Part shown: piece by piece, positions 9,408-16,740 of the stretch
How positions within the stretch are numbered: position 1 is the stretch's first letter
Layout of the letters: each line of letters opens with the position of its first letter
Source: a bacterium
GTDB taxonomy: Bacteria; Patescibacteriota; Minisyncoccia; Phycocordibacterales; UBA6899
NCBI GenBank assembly: GCA_043758815.1
Contig: JAYVMS010000015.1
Location: 1-47,943 of the forward strand
DNA: 47,943 bases
Direction of reading: 5' to 3'
Made by a program: the position numbers and the translations under genes
Notes under the pieces: generated by a model
Databases searched by the model: none
What the model was told of the DNA's origin: nothing
Seen by the model: only the letters and a program-made list of their open reading frames with translations

Positions 9408-9488
9408 GTCGTGCGCAAAAGATTGAGAAAATGTTATTTGTGTGAGAAAACAGTATACATAAGCCGGAGTGGCGTAATGGTAGCCGCG
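9408..9488 (+). repeat. Copy 2 of the 81-bp perfect direct repeat
   Basis: Identical to 9196-9276. It continues into the intact tRNA-Leu. Confidence 0.95.
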
Positions 9489-9543
9489 CACGACTCAAAA
9501 TCGTGTCTCGTAAGGGGTGCGGGTTCAAGTCCCGCCTCCGGCA
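9463..9543 (+). tRNA. tRNA-Leu (anticodon CAA), class II with a long variable arm
   Basis: Manual cloverleaf: acceptor GCCGGAG/CTCCGGC; D stem GCG/CGC; anticodon stem CACGA/TCGTG with loop CTCAAAA; 13-nt variable arm; T arm GCGGG-TTCAAGT-CCCGC; discriminator A. CCA is not encoded. Confidence 0.9.
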
Positions 9544-9549
9544 CTCGTA

Positions 9550-9581
9550 GAAAAATCACGCCCTTCATAGGGCGATTTTTC
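9550..9581 (+). terminator. Intrinsic terminator after tRNA-Leu
   Basis: aaaaatcacgccc-ttcata-gggcgattttt hairpin with a T-run. Confidence 0.6.
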
Positions 9582-9583
9582 TT

Positions 9584-9624
9584 GAGTGCCGGAGAGCAAG
9601 CATAGCTTGCGGGCGGGACTTGAA
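9584..9624 (-). repeat. Inverted copy of the tRNA-Leu 3' end, interrupted by a 16-nt hairpin
   Basis: The reverse complement reads ttcaagtcccgcc[cgcaagctatgcttgc]tccggcactc. This equals tRNA positions 9524-9546 with a 16-nt insertion. Confidence 0.85.
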
Positions 9625-9697
9625 GACCCTGAGTATATTTCGTCATCGAAATACGAAGGGTGTACAGATCCTGTAAGGATCAAGATTCCCGCTAACA

Positions 9698-9718
9698 CAG
9701 CTTGCGGCGGGACTTGAA
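9698..9718 (-). repeat. Second inverted copy of the tRNA-Leu T-arm 3' segment
   Basis: agcttgcggcgggacttgaa parallels 9604-9624. The reverse complement contains ttcaagtcccgcc. Confidence 0.8.
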
Positions 9719-9831
9719 AGACAGAGGCGGTCTACGACGCCGCATTCTTATGCGACGTTGTCGCCGAGTCGGGGTAGCAAGCACTTAGAAGATGAGCAGC
9801 CTTGCTGCGAATATACTTAGTGACTTGTAAC

Positions 9832-9850
9832 CAAGTCCCGCCGCTGCACT
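9832..9850 (+). repeat. Direct partial copy of the tRNA-Leu 3' end
   Basis: caagtcccgccgctgcact compared with the tRNA's caagtcccgcctccggcact. It is also perfectly complementary over 13 nt to 9704-9716. Confidence 0.7.
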
Positions 9851-9990
9851 GAAATTAATATCTCCGGCTTCCGATTTTTTCCACCCCGCCATACTTGAAA
9901 TCAAGAAAGCGTTTCGCTTACTTTGTTTGTATTGTATCACAAATATGCAAAGTTTAGGTATTGCAAACCAGCATATACGCTGATAGCATT

Positions 9991-10212
9991 ATGGTTGATA
10001 CAATACGATCAAAGGAATATGCGGTGTTTATAGAAAAACTGCGAAAGGCACGCCTCGATGCAGGGCTACGCCAGATCGACGTATCAAAAAAACTCAAACG
10101 CACACAGTCGTATGTGTCCCGCGTGGAAATGGGAGAACAGCGGTTGGATATTTTGGAATTGAAAAAGTTCGCGGAGTTATACAAGAAAGATATTAACTAT
10201 TTTGTAAAATAA
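9991..10212 (+). CDS. XRE-family helix-turn-helix transcriptional regulator
   Basis: LRKARLDAGLRQIDVSKKLKRTQSYVSRVEMGEQRLDILEL is a classic HTH_3 pattern. The first ATG is at 9991; the listed ORF begins at a TTG. Confidence 0.8.
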   Translation: MVDTIRSKEYAVFIEKLRKARLDAGLRQIDVSKKLKRTQSYVSRVEMGEQRLDILELKKFAELYKKDINYFVK

Positions 10213-10217
10213 ATTTT

Positions 10218-10457
10218 ATGAACCTCCTGCTCACTATTATCGCTGTTGTCTTCGGTCTATACCTGCATGATTTCATAGAAGATATTAGAGATTATCTAAA
10301 ATCAGGCAAGGAACATAAACAACTTTTGCGATGGAAAAAGGAATGTGAAGACAATATATCAGCTGGGAAAAACTTGGAAGAAAATGAAAGACGCCTCAAG
10401 GTTCTAGAAAAATCCTTGGAAGAATTTTACAAAAACCACAATAAGACAACGAACTAG
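10218..10457 (+). CDS. Small membrane-anchored coiled-coil protein (79 aa)
   Basis: N-terminal transmembrane helix followed by a charged helical tail. Starts 5 nt after the XRE gene stop. Confidence 0.55.
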   Translation: MNLLLTIIAVVFGLYLHDFIEDIRDYLKSGKEHKQLLRWKKECEDNISAGKNLEENERRLKVLEKSLEEFYKNHNKTTN

Positions 10458-10461
10458 ATTT

Positions 10462-11139
10462 ATGTTTTGGAATAAAAAATCTGAGAATGAAATTACAGAC
10501 CCGATAATGCTTGAGCTTGGTCGTGAAGTTGAAAGAGGCTTTCTGCTTTGGTGGTCAGCAATAAATAATCACTGGGCGGACATGAAAGAAAATGCTTATC
10601 ACCAAGGTGTGAATTTGATGATGGAAAAAATTTTAAAAGATACCAGCTTGAGTGATGCTGAAAGAATAGAAGAAGCAAATAAAATCATTAGCTTGGTGAG
10701 AGTCTATAGAAATAGGTTGAAAAAAGTTTCATCCGTTTATAATGATTTTATTGGTGGAAATCTAAATAAATTTGAGAAAATGCTGGATTTAACAAATCCA
10801 CAGAATAAAGAAAAAGTATGGGTAAAACTTTCTTGGGATTTGTGTAAAATTCGCGAAAGCGAAATTACTGCGATTGAGAACCATATTGACACCGACGAGT
10901 TTATTCCGAACATCGTTATTAACGACAATGGAGCACCCAATCATCAAATGACCGAGGAGGAAAATGCCTCTTTTGCACATAAACTTGCCATGTGCGGTGC
11001 CATAAGACAAGTTGCCGGTGAAGATGAGAAGAAAATTGAACCGAGCCGGTCAAGCATTGCTCAAGACTTATTCGGAAAACTTGATGGCTATATGAAGGAC
11101 GGCAGTTACTCTAGGTTACTGAATGAAATGAGAGATTAG
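10462..11139 (+). CDS. Hypothetical protein (225 aa), no recognisable domain
   Basis: Long ORF in an A+T-rich region, starting 4 nt after the previous stop. Confidence 0.6.
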   Translation: MFWNKKSENEITDPIMLELGREVERGFLLWWSAINNHWADMKENAYHQGVNLMMEKILKDTSLSDAERIEEANKIISLVRVYRNRLKKVSSVYNDFIGGNLNKFEKMLDLTNPQNKEKVWVKLSWDLCKIRESEITAIENHIDTDEFIPNIVINDNGAPNHQMTEEENASFAHKLAMCGAIRQVAGEDEKKIEPSRSSIAQDLFGKLDGYMKDGSYSRLLNEMRD

Positions 11140-11145
11140 TGAATT

Positions 11146-11291
11146 ATGACAGAAGAAGATAACAACTCACCAAAAGAAGGAAGCACCCCTAAAGTAATTA
11201 GGGGTGCTTTACAAGTTATTGGCGGTGCGGTTCCATTTGCGGGTGGGTTATTTTCGGCTGTTGCTGGTGCATGGTCTGAAAATGAACAAGA
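11146..11291 (+). pseudogene. 5' part of a small glycine-zipper membrane protein gene, interrupted by the Y1-transposase element
   Basis: MTEEDNNSPKEGSTPKVIRGALQVIGGAVPFAGGLFSAVAGAWSENEQE looks coding. Beyond 11292 the listed ORF simply reads through the inverted repeat into the transposase gene. Confidence 0.5.
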
Positions 11292-12031
11292 AAATGGTGT
11301 CAGGTACCTTTTCCTGTCACTTCATGCTAGTATTCCCTTATGGGACGAGCACCACGCGTTGATATCGGAGGGGAAGTGTATCACATCATTAACCGTGCAA
11401 ATAACCGTACGCAGATATTCAAGAGTGATGACGACTACAAGCACTTCGAACGTCTTTTAAAAGAAGCAAATGAACGTATTCCAGTAGGTATTCTTGCTTA
11501 TGTCCTCATGCCGAATCATTGGCACCTGGTACTTCATCCGAAAAGGGACGGTGACCTCAGTCTCTTTATGCATTGGCTCACCCTCACTCATACTCAGCAG
11601 TATCACGCAAAAACCAAGACCATTGGTCATGGCCACCTTTATCAGGGACGATATAAGGCATTTATTGTTGAACAGGATGACTATTTAATCCAATTGATCA
11701 GATATGTTGAACGGAATCCTCTCCGAGCACGGCTTGAGCGTAAAGCAGAGGATTGGAGGTGGGGAAGTGCATGGAGGCGCTATAACGGCACAGCAAGTGA
11801 GAAGCGGCTGCTTGCTGAATTGCCTACGAAACTTCCACACGGCTACCGCTCCTGGCTCAATGACAGGGATGATCTTGCTCAGCTTGAAGCGATTCGCACT
11901 TCAGTGAACAAAGGAACTCCCTACGGTACAATGAATTGGGTAGATAAGATGGTGAAAAAATTTGATCTTCTCTTAACTACTCGTACGCGCGGTCGACCAA
12001 AGAAGACCGAAAAAGGTACCTGACACCATTT
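11292..12031 (+). mobile_element. 740-bp insertion element: a Y1 HUH transposase gene flanked by perfect 21-bp inverted repeats
   Basis: aaatggtgtcaggtacctttt at 11292-11312 is the exact reverse complement of aaaaggtacctgacaccattt at 12011-12031. Confidence 0.8.
11340..12023 (+). CDS. IS200/IS605-type Y1 (HUH) transposase, RayT/COG1943-like
   Basis: N-terminal GGEVYHIINRANNRTQIF, the HUH motif in MPNHWHLVLHP and the catalytic-Tyr region LIRYVERNPLRARL. Confidence 0.85.
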   Translation: MGRAPRVDIGGEVYHIINRANNRTQIFKSDDDYKHFERLLKEANERIPVGILAYVLMPNHWHLVLHPKRDGDLSLFMHWLTLTHTQQYHAKTKTIGHGHLYQGRYKAFIVEQDDYLIQLIRYVERNPLRARLERKAEDWRWGSAWRRYNGTASEKRLLAELPTKLPHGYRSWLNDRDDLAQLEAIRTSVNKGTPYGTMNWVDKMVKKFDLLLTTRTRGRPKKTEKGT

Positions 12032-12194
12032 CCAAATAACTTCTCCGTATATTTCAATGGGTAACGTGAATCTCACAGAACAGTTAGCAAATGATTCGAG
12101 TTTCATTTCCAGATTAAATGAACGCTATCCTAAATACAACTTCTCTGTGGATGAATACGATAAAAAGTCGCTATTGGTAAAAAAGCTTGCTTAA
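12032..12194 (+). pseudogene. Candidate 3' part of the interrupted gene (open frame from 12024 to the TAA at 12192-12194)
   Basis: 57 stop-free codons directly after the right inverted repeat (…NVNLTEQLANDSSFISRLNERYPKYNFSVDEYDKKSLLVKKLA). Deleting exactly 11292-12031 joins it in frame to 11146-11291. Confidence 0.35.
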
Positions 12195-12393
12195 TTAGCC
12201 AAAATCCACACTCACACTTTCTTTTAACCTCACCCAAGCTCCAAGGAGGACCACTCCACTTCCGTACCTGTGTCACAAAAAAGTTACCACTTGCCCCTTG
12301 GTTCGAATTTAAAGTACTGCAAATTTCATTGACAGCCCCTAAACCAGTGGTACCATTTATATATAGGTTCATCGAGTTTTAGAAGGAGGTCAT

Positions 12394-12603
12394 ATGACCG
12401 ATATCGGCTCTCGGAAATCGCAGCTGACACACGCTTCTCTCACATTCGTGCGTGAAGCAGAACTCTTCATCGAATACAACACTGACGAGGTCGATCGCGC
12501 TGTTTTGCGCGATGCGATCAAGAAAGTGAAGTCGAGAGAACTTGTTTTCGCAGCCCACAAAGCCCCCCTGCAATATCTCATCGATCAAGGGATCAATGCA
12601 TAG
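12394..12603 (+). CDS. Hypothetical small protein (69 aa)
   Basis: Strong AGGAGG Shine-Dalgarno sequence 5-10 nt upstream of the ATG. Lies directly upstream of parB. Confidence 0.6.
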   Translation: MTDIGSRKSQLTHASLTFVREAELFIEYNTDEVDRAVLRDAIKKVKSRELVFAAHKAPLQYLIDQGINA

Positions 12604-12668
12604 AAAGTTTGCGCGAACACCGTTCGCGCAATTTTTTGCGCAAACCAAACTCATGTTACAATGTGGGC

Positions 12669-13811
12669 ATGAATGAATTTGAGAACAATGCAATATTTTG
12701 GGTTGAGGTAGAAAAGATAAAGCCTAATCCCTATCAGCCGCGCAAGGAATTCGACGAAAAGCATCTTCAAGATCTCGCCGACTCTATTCACCAGTACGGC
12801 ATCCTTCAGCCGCTTGTTGTTACGCGTCGGGAAATGCCTCACGATAGCGGTCTCGCTGTTGAGTACGAGCTGATTGCAGGGGAGAGGCGTCTACGCGCAT
12901 CAAAGCTTGCGGGAGTGTCGAGAGTGCCCGTGCTTATCCAGCAAGGATATGTTGACCCAAGACTTAAGCTGGAGCTCGCTATCATAGAGAATCTTCAGCG
13001 TGAAGACTTAAATCCTGTGGATAGGGCGATCTCATTTTCAAAACTCGCGACGGAGTTCGGATTAAAACATGTTGAGATCGCAAAGAAAGTAGGCAAGAGT
13101 CGTGAATATGTTTCCAATAGTCTCCGTCTCTTGCTCTTGCCGCAAGATATCCTCGACGCACTTTCAAAAGGAAAGATAACCGAAGGACACGCTCGCCCAC
13201 TGATGATGCTCGCGGATAGGACTGAAGAGCAGGGAACACTCTATAAGGAGATCATCTTCAAGAAGCTAACTGTCCGCGAAGCAGAGCAAATAGCAAGGCA
13301 TATTGCCCATGATCGCGTACGCAAGAAGATAGTACGAGACCCTGAGATGGAACGCATCGAGAAAGAGCTTGCGGAGTCACTTGGAACAAGGGTCTCCATT
13401 GAGCAGCGGCAAGTCGGAGGAGGCAAGCTTGTCATAGATTTTTTCTCAAGTGATGATCTGAGACTTTTGCTTGATAAGGTGCACTTTGCCGAGCAGCTAA
13501 AGGCAATGCGTACAATGCGTAGTGACGAAGCAATGACTGCCGAGGCAATGGTCGCCATTGAGGATAGTACCCCGATAGAACTTTCACGCACGAATGATGC
13601 CCCCCTGCCCGTGCAAGAAGTGAGCGAGGAGCTTCCACCAATGACGCATGCACCGCGCATGCAAATGATGCAAAATGAAAGCAACGATGAACAATTGCAC
13701 CAGATAGATCAGGACAGTATTCTCCATGTACCCTATGATGATAGGCCAAAGGATGACAGGAAAGAGGATAAGGATGACTCGCTCTACTCGGTCTCTGGCT
13801 TCTCGATCTGA
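12669..13811 (+). CDS. parB: Chromosome partitioning protein ParB/Spo0J with an acidic C-terminal extension
   Basis: IKPNPYQPRKEF, LIAGERRLRA and the HTH region. The start is set at the internal ATG (MNEFENN). Confidence 0.9.
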   Translation: MNEFENNAIFWVEVEKIKPNPYQPRKEFDEKHLQDLADSIHQYGILQPLVVTRREMPHDSGLAVEYELIAGERRLRASKLAGVSRVPVLIQQGYVDPRLKLELAIIENLQREDLNPVDRAISFSKLATEFGLKHVEIAKKVGKSREYVSNSLRLLLLPQDILDALSKGKITEGHARPLMMLADRTEEQGTLYKEIIFKKLTVREAEQIARHIAHDRVRKKIVRDPEMERIEKELAESLGTRVSIEQRQVGGGKLVIDFFSSDDLRLLLDKVHFAEQLKAMRTMRSDEAMTAEAMVAIEDSTPIELSRTNDAPLPVQEVSEELPPMTHAPRMQMMQNESNDEQLHQIDQDSILHVPYDDRPKDDRKEDKDDSLYSVSGFSI

Positions 13812-13824
13812 CCGAAAATAAAAG

Positions 13825-13851
13825 CAACGCCACTGGGGCGTTGTTTGGTTT
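13825..13851 (+). terminator. Intrinsic terminator after parB
   Basis: caacgcc-actg-ggcgttg hairpin followed by a T-rich tract. Confidence 0.55.
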
Positions 13852-14107
13852 AAAGTCGGGAGAGCGAAATGATGCGAACTCTGCACTCTACTGGTCTTTT
13901 TGGTCTCAGTTCTTTTAAGACAGTTTGGCCGAGCGCTTCGAGCTCATTTTCGCTCTGGGGTATTTCGTTGATGGTCGTGAACATACTGCTCAACTCGTCG
14001 CTATTTGCAAGACCGAGACGAGTTAATTTGTAGCCGATAAGGACCTTCAAGTGCGTACTCCTGTTACTATGCTTATATTTAAATATCATACTATTGAATA
14101 CAGTCAA
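13850..14107 (-). CDS. Questionable small ORF downstream of the Rel/SpoT gene
   Basis: TTG start and no motif. Retained only because the space is otherwise unoccupied. Confidence 0.25.
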   Translation of the reverse strand: MTVFNSMIFKYKHSNRSTHLKVLIGYKLTRLGLANSDELSSMFTTINEIPQSENELEALGQTVLKELRPKRPVECRVRIISLSRL

Positions 14108-14125
14108 TAGCTGCGTATTTACCTA

Positions 14126-15598
14126 TTATCGAGAGCGCTCCTTGGTGCGCTTTTCTTCTTCGCGCTGAAGATATGATCGGATGTGGCGTTTTGCAAAGGT
14201 AGTGCGTGCGTATTCGAGCCATTTTTGTGAGGGCTTTGAAGATTTTTTGGTGATGATCTCAACGATGTCTCCGTTCTTAAGAGCTGTATCAAGAGCGACA
14301 AATTTTTCATTCACCTTGGCACCAGAGGTGTGGTCGCCGATGTCTGAGTGGATGGCATAGGCGAAGTCTATCGGGCTTGAGTCGCGAGGCAAATCGATAA
14401 CATCGCCATCGGGGGTAAAAATAAAGACGCGGTCCTCAAAGAAGTCCATCTTCAGGCTCTCAAGGTAGTCGTGTGAGGCATCGCCGGTTTTTTGTAGGTT
14501 TGATATCTGCTTGACCCAATCGAGCTTACCTAAGATCTTCTTGTGTGGGACTTTGTCGTCACTTTCTTTGTATGCAAAGTGAGCAGCGACACCAAAAGCA
14601 GCCCCAGTGTTCATCTCCTCTGTGCGCAGCTGTACCTCAACGATGGCGCCCTCACCGATGAATACGGTTGTATGGAGGGACTGATAGCCGTTTGGCTTCG
14701 GGAATGCGATATAGTCCTTGATTCGCCCCGGAAGTGGCCTCCAGACACTATGAATGATTCCGAGCGCGCGATAGCAGTCTGCGACCGTGGGCACAATGAC
14801 GCGAATGGCGGAGACGTCATAGATCTTTCCGATGTCCATGTCGTGGCGCACAAGTTTCTTGTAGAGGCTATAGGTACGCTTGATGCGATATTCTCCGCGG
14901 ACATTCAAGATGCCATTCTTTGCCATCTCTACCTGCATTCCACGATATGCCTTTTCAAGTTTTTTCTCACTGTCTTTGCTGCGCTCACGTATGAGGGTTT
15001 GCACCTTTTCATATTCTTCTGGGTAGGCGAAAGGGAATGAGTAGTCCTCAAGCTGACCCTTTATCTTACCGATGGAGAGGCGGTTTGCAAGTGGAGCGTA
15101 TATTTCAAGCGTCTCAAGCGCAATGCGCTTCTGCTTTTCTTTGGGGACATATTTTAGTGTACTTACATTATGTAAGCGATCTGCGAGTTTGATGATGATG
15201 ACGCGAAGGTCCTTGGCAGTCGAGACGAAGAGTTTACGTAAGCTTTCAACGTGGCGCTCGATGCCATGGTACTTGAGCTTACCGAGCTTTGTTACGCCAT
15301 CGACTAAGAATCTTATCTCCTTTCCGAACTCATTCTCAATATCAATCTCAGATACTTTTGCGTCTTCAACGGTGTCATGCAAGAGTCCCGCGGCGATGGT
15401 ATTGGTGTCCATGCCCATTTCTGCAAGTGTAAGACCTACTGCTGAGACGTGGACAAAGTACGGTGCTCCCGAATAGCGCTTTTGGCCATGATGAGCATTC
15501 TCTGCGAAGGCGTAAGCGCGAGAAACAAGTGAAGTATCCTTCTCTTCCTTGCTCTGCATTGCGCGCACTATCTCATCAAGGCTCTTGACATATTCCAT
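14126..15598 (-). CDS. Bifunctional (p)ppGpp synthetase/hydrolase, Rel/SpoT homologue (HD, synthetase and TGS domains; no ACT domain)
   Basis: HD hydrolase motifs (HGQKRYSGAPYFVH...HDTVED), a RelA_SpoT synthetase core (YRIKRTYSLYKK, AIRVIV) and a TGS domain (VFIFTPDGDVIDLP). Confidence 0.9.
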   Translation of the reverse strand: MEYVKSLDEIVRAMQSKEEKDTSLVSRAYAFAENAHHGQKRYSGAPYFVHVSAVGLTLAEMGMDTNTIAAGLLHDTVEDAKVSEIDIENEFGKEIRFLVDGVTKLGKLKYHGIERHVESLRKLFVSTAKDLRVIIIKLADRLHNVSTLKYVPKEKQKRIALETLEIYAPLANRLSIGKIKGQLEDYSFPFAYPEEYEKVQTLIRERSKDSEKKLEKAYRGMQVEMAKNGILNVRGEYRIKRTYSLYKKLVRHDMDIGKIYDVSAIRVIVPTVADCYRALGIIHSVWRPLPGRIKDYIAFPKPNGYQSLHTTVFIGEGAIVEVQLRTEEMNTGAAFGVAAHFAYKESDDKVPHKKILGKLDWVKQISNLQKTGDASHDYLESLKMDFFEDRVFIFTPDGDVIDLPRDSSPIDFAYAIHSDIGDHTSGAKVNEKFVALDTALKNGDIVEIITKKSSKPSQKWLEYARTTFAKRHIRSYLQREEEKRTKERSR

Positions 15599-15780
15599 TA
15601 AAATATCATACGTGCAAATTTATTTTTTGCAAATTAAAACAGCGGAACACTGAGCGGTACTATCAATCTTTGGAAATAATGGGAGCAAATTTTATGCAAA
15701 CATAAGTCGTGAAATGTTTTGCTTGACAATTATGATTAGTTATAATATGTTTTTGCCAGAAAAGAACTTAAGGAACAAAC

Positions 15781-16059
15781 ATGTTCAAACAAATTCTCGG
15801 CTTGGCTTTACTTATCTCATCGATGACCAGCGTTATCGCATGTGGCAGAGATATTCCCGACGGAGTTATGTATATCAAGCTTCCTTGGCAGCCCAATGTC
15901 ATCGACCTCATTCAGCTACGTCAAAAAGACAGTGACATGCCTAAGAATCCTCAGCAACTGGTAGAACAATATCAACCAGGAAGCACGGTAGTAAGAGTCA
16001 CAACTGAGTGGATCGGAAGTGCTGGTCCACACGCCGCGATTTACTTTTGCCGAAAATAA
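15781..16059 (+). CDS. Small lipoprotein
   Basis: Signal peptide with the lipobox SVIAC. Confidence 0.6.
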   Translation: MFKQILGLALLISSMTSVIACGRDIPDGVMYIKLPWQPNVIDLIQLRQKDSDMPKNPQQLVEQYQPGSTVVRVTTEWIGSAGPHAAIYFCRK

Positions 16060-16063
16060 CAAG

Positions 16064-16088
16064 AAAGACCGCATGTGCGGTCTTTTTT
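16064..16088 (+). terminator. Intrinsic terminator
   Basis: aagaccgca-tg-tgcggtctt hairpin followed by a T-run. Confidence 0.7.
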
Positions 16089-16249
16089 ATGCGACATAAA
16101 ACCCCGTACTCTGTACGGGAATGCAGTCGCAGTTTGCGTACCTGCTTTGAGTGAGCAAACTCAACCGTGTCTTCGCGGTTGCAGCATTTTAGAGATAATT
16201 TATGTAGAGAGCTGCGAGAAACTTATTTTGAACAAGATTTCTCCTAATT

Positions 16250-16687
16250 CTAATCCCTCACGCAGCTCCCGCCCAGATCTGCGATGGGTTTTAATATACA
16301 GTGATATTTCGCGGGGCAGGTCGGAGCGTCCTTTATAAAGCCGCCACAATGCATTCCTGTGGCGTCAGGAGTACTTGTCGCGGGCGGAGTGCTTGTTGTG
16401 CCCTTAGTTTGAGTTATTGGGGGAGTGGTAGAAGCAATAGAGTGCTTTTTCATCTGTGACTGGAACGCTGAGATAAGAATTTCTTTTCTGGTGCCATTTA
16501 TCATATCAATGGTCTTTCCATATTGACTGCCGATATAGAAGGCGAGAAAGGGGACAACTACAACAAATAGAAATACTGCGAGCCACCACGAAACCCAGGT
16601 CACGCGGTTCCACTGCAAACCCTTCATCTGCGATGCTTCGTTGATAGATTTCACCATCCCGTCTATTTGTTCATTCATATGTTTCAT
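16250..16687 (-). CDS. Membrane-anchored secreted protein with a Thr/Pro-rich linker and a Cys-rich C-terminus
   Basis: Trimmed to the ATG at 16687 (MKHMNEQ...), because the longer listed ORF overlaps the RND gene and its terminator. Confidence 0.55.
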   Translation of the reverse strand: MKHMNEQIDGMVKSINEASQMKGLQWNRVTWVSWWLAVFLFVVVVPFLAFYIGSQYGKTIDMINGTRKEILISAFQSQMKKHSIASTTPPITQTKGTTSTPPATSTPDATGMHCGGFIKDAPTCPAKYHCILKPIADLGGSCVRD

Positions 16688-16700
16688 ATATTCAGTATAA

Positions 16701-16730
16701 CAAAAACATCCTCTTCTGAGGATGTTTTTG
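16701..16730 (-). terminator. Intrinsic terminator after the RND gene
   Basis: aacatcctc-ttct-gaggatgtt hairpin flanked by A and T runs. Confidence 0.65.
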
Positions 16731-16740
16731 TGCACATGTA

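Noticed and set aside
9185-9646. ORFs 9185-9379, 9411-9605 and 9434-9646, and in the second locus 28378-28629 and 28494-28700.
   Set aside because: They run across the tRNA genes, the tRNA fragments and the terminators, so the open frames are incidental.
9524-9850. A possible CRISPR array, suggested by the repeated about 13-20-nt units near tRNA-Leu and tRNA-Pro.
   Set aside because: The repeats derive from the adjacent tRNA sequences, occur in both orientations and have irregular spacing. There are no cas genes. This is not a CRISPR architecture.
12264-12358. Additional degenerate copies of the transposon's inverted-repeat core (gtacctg..cac and ggtaccattt).
   Set aside because: The matches are only 7-10 nt and could easily be chance. 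They are noted within the transposon finding but not annotated as features.
12130-12372. Minus-strand ORFs 12130-12372 and 11921-12106.
   Set aside because: Their translations look non-coding, and they overlap the transposase end and the better-supported plus-strand remnant.
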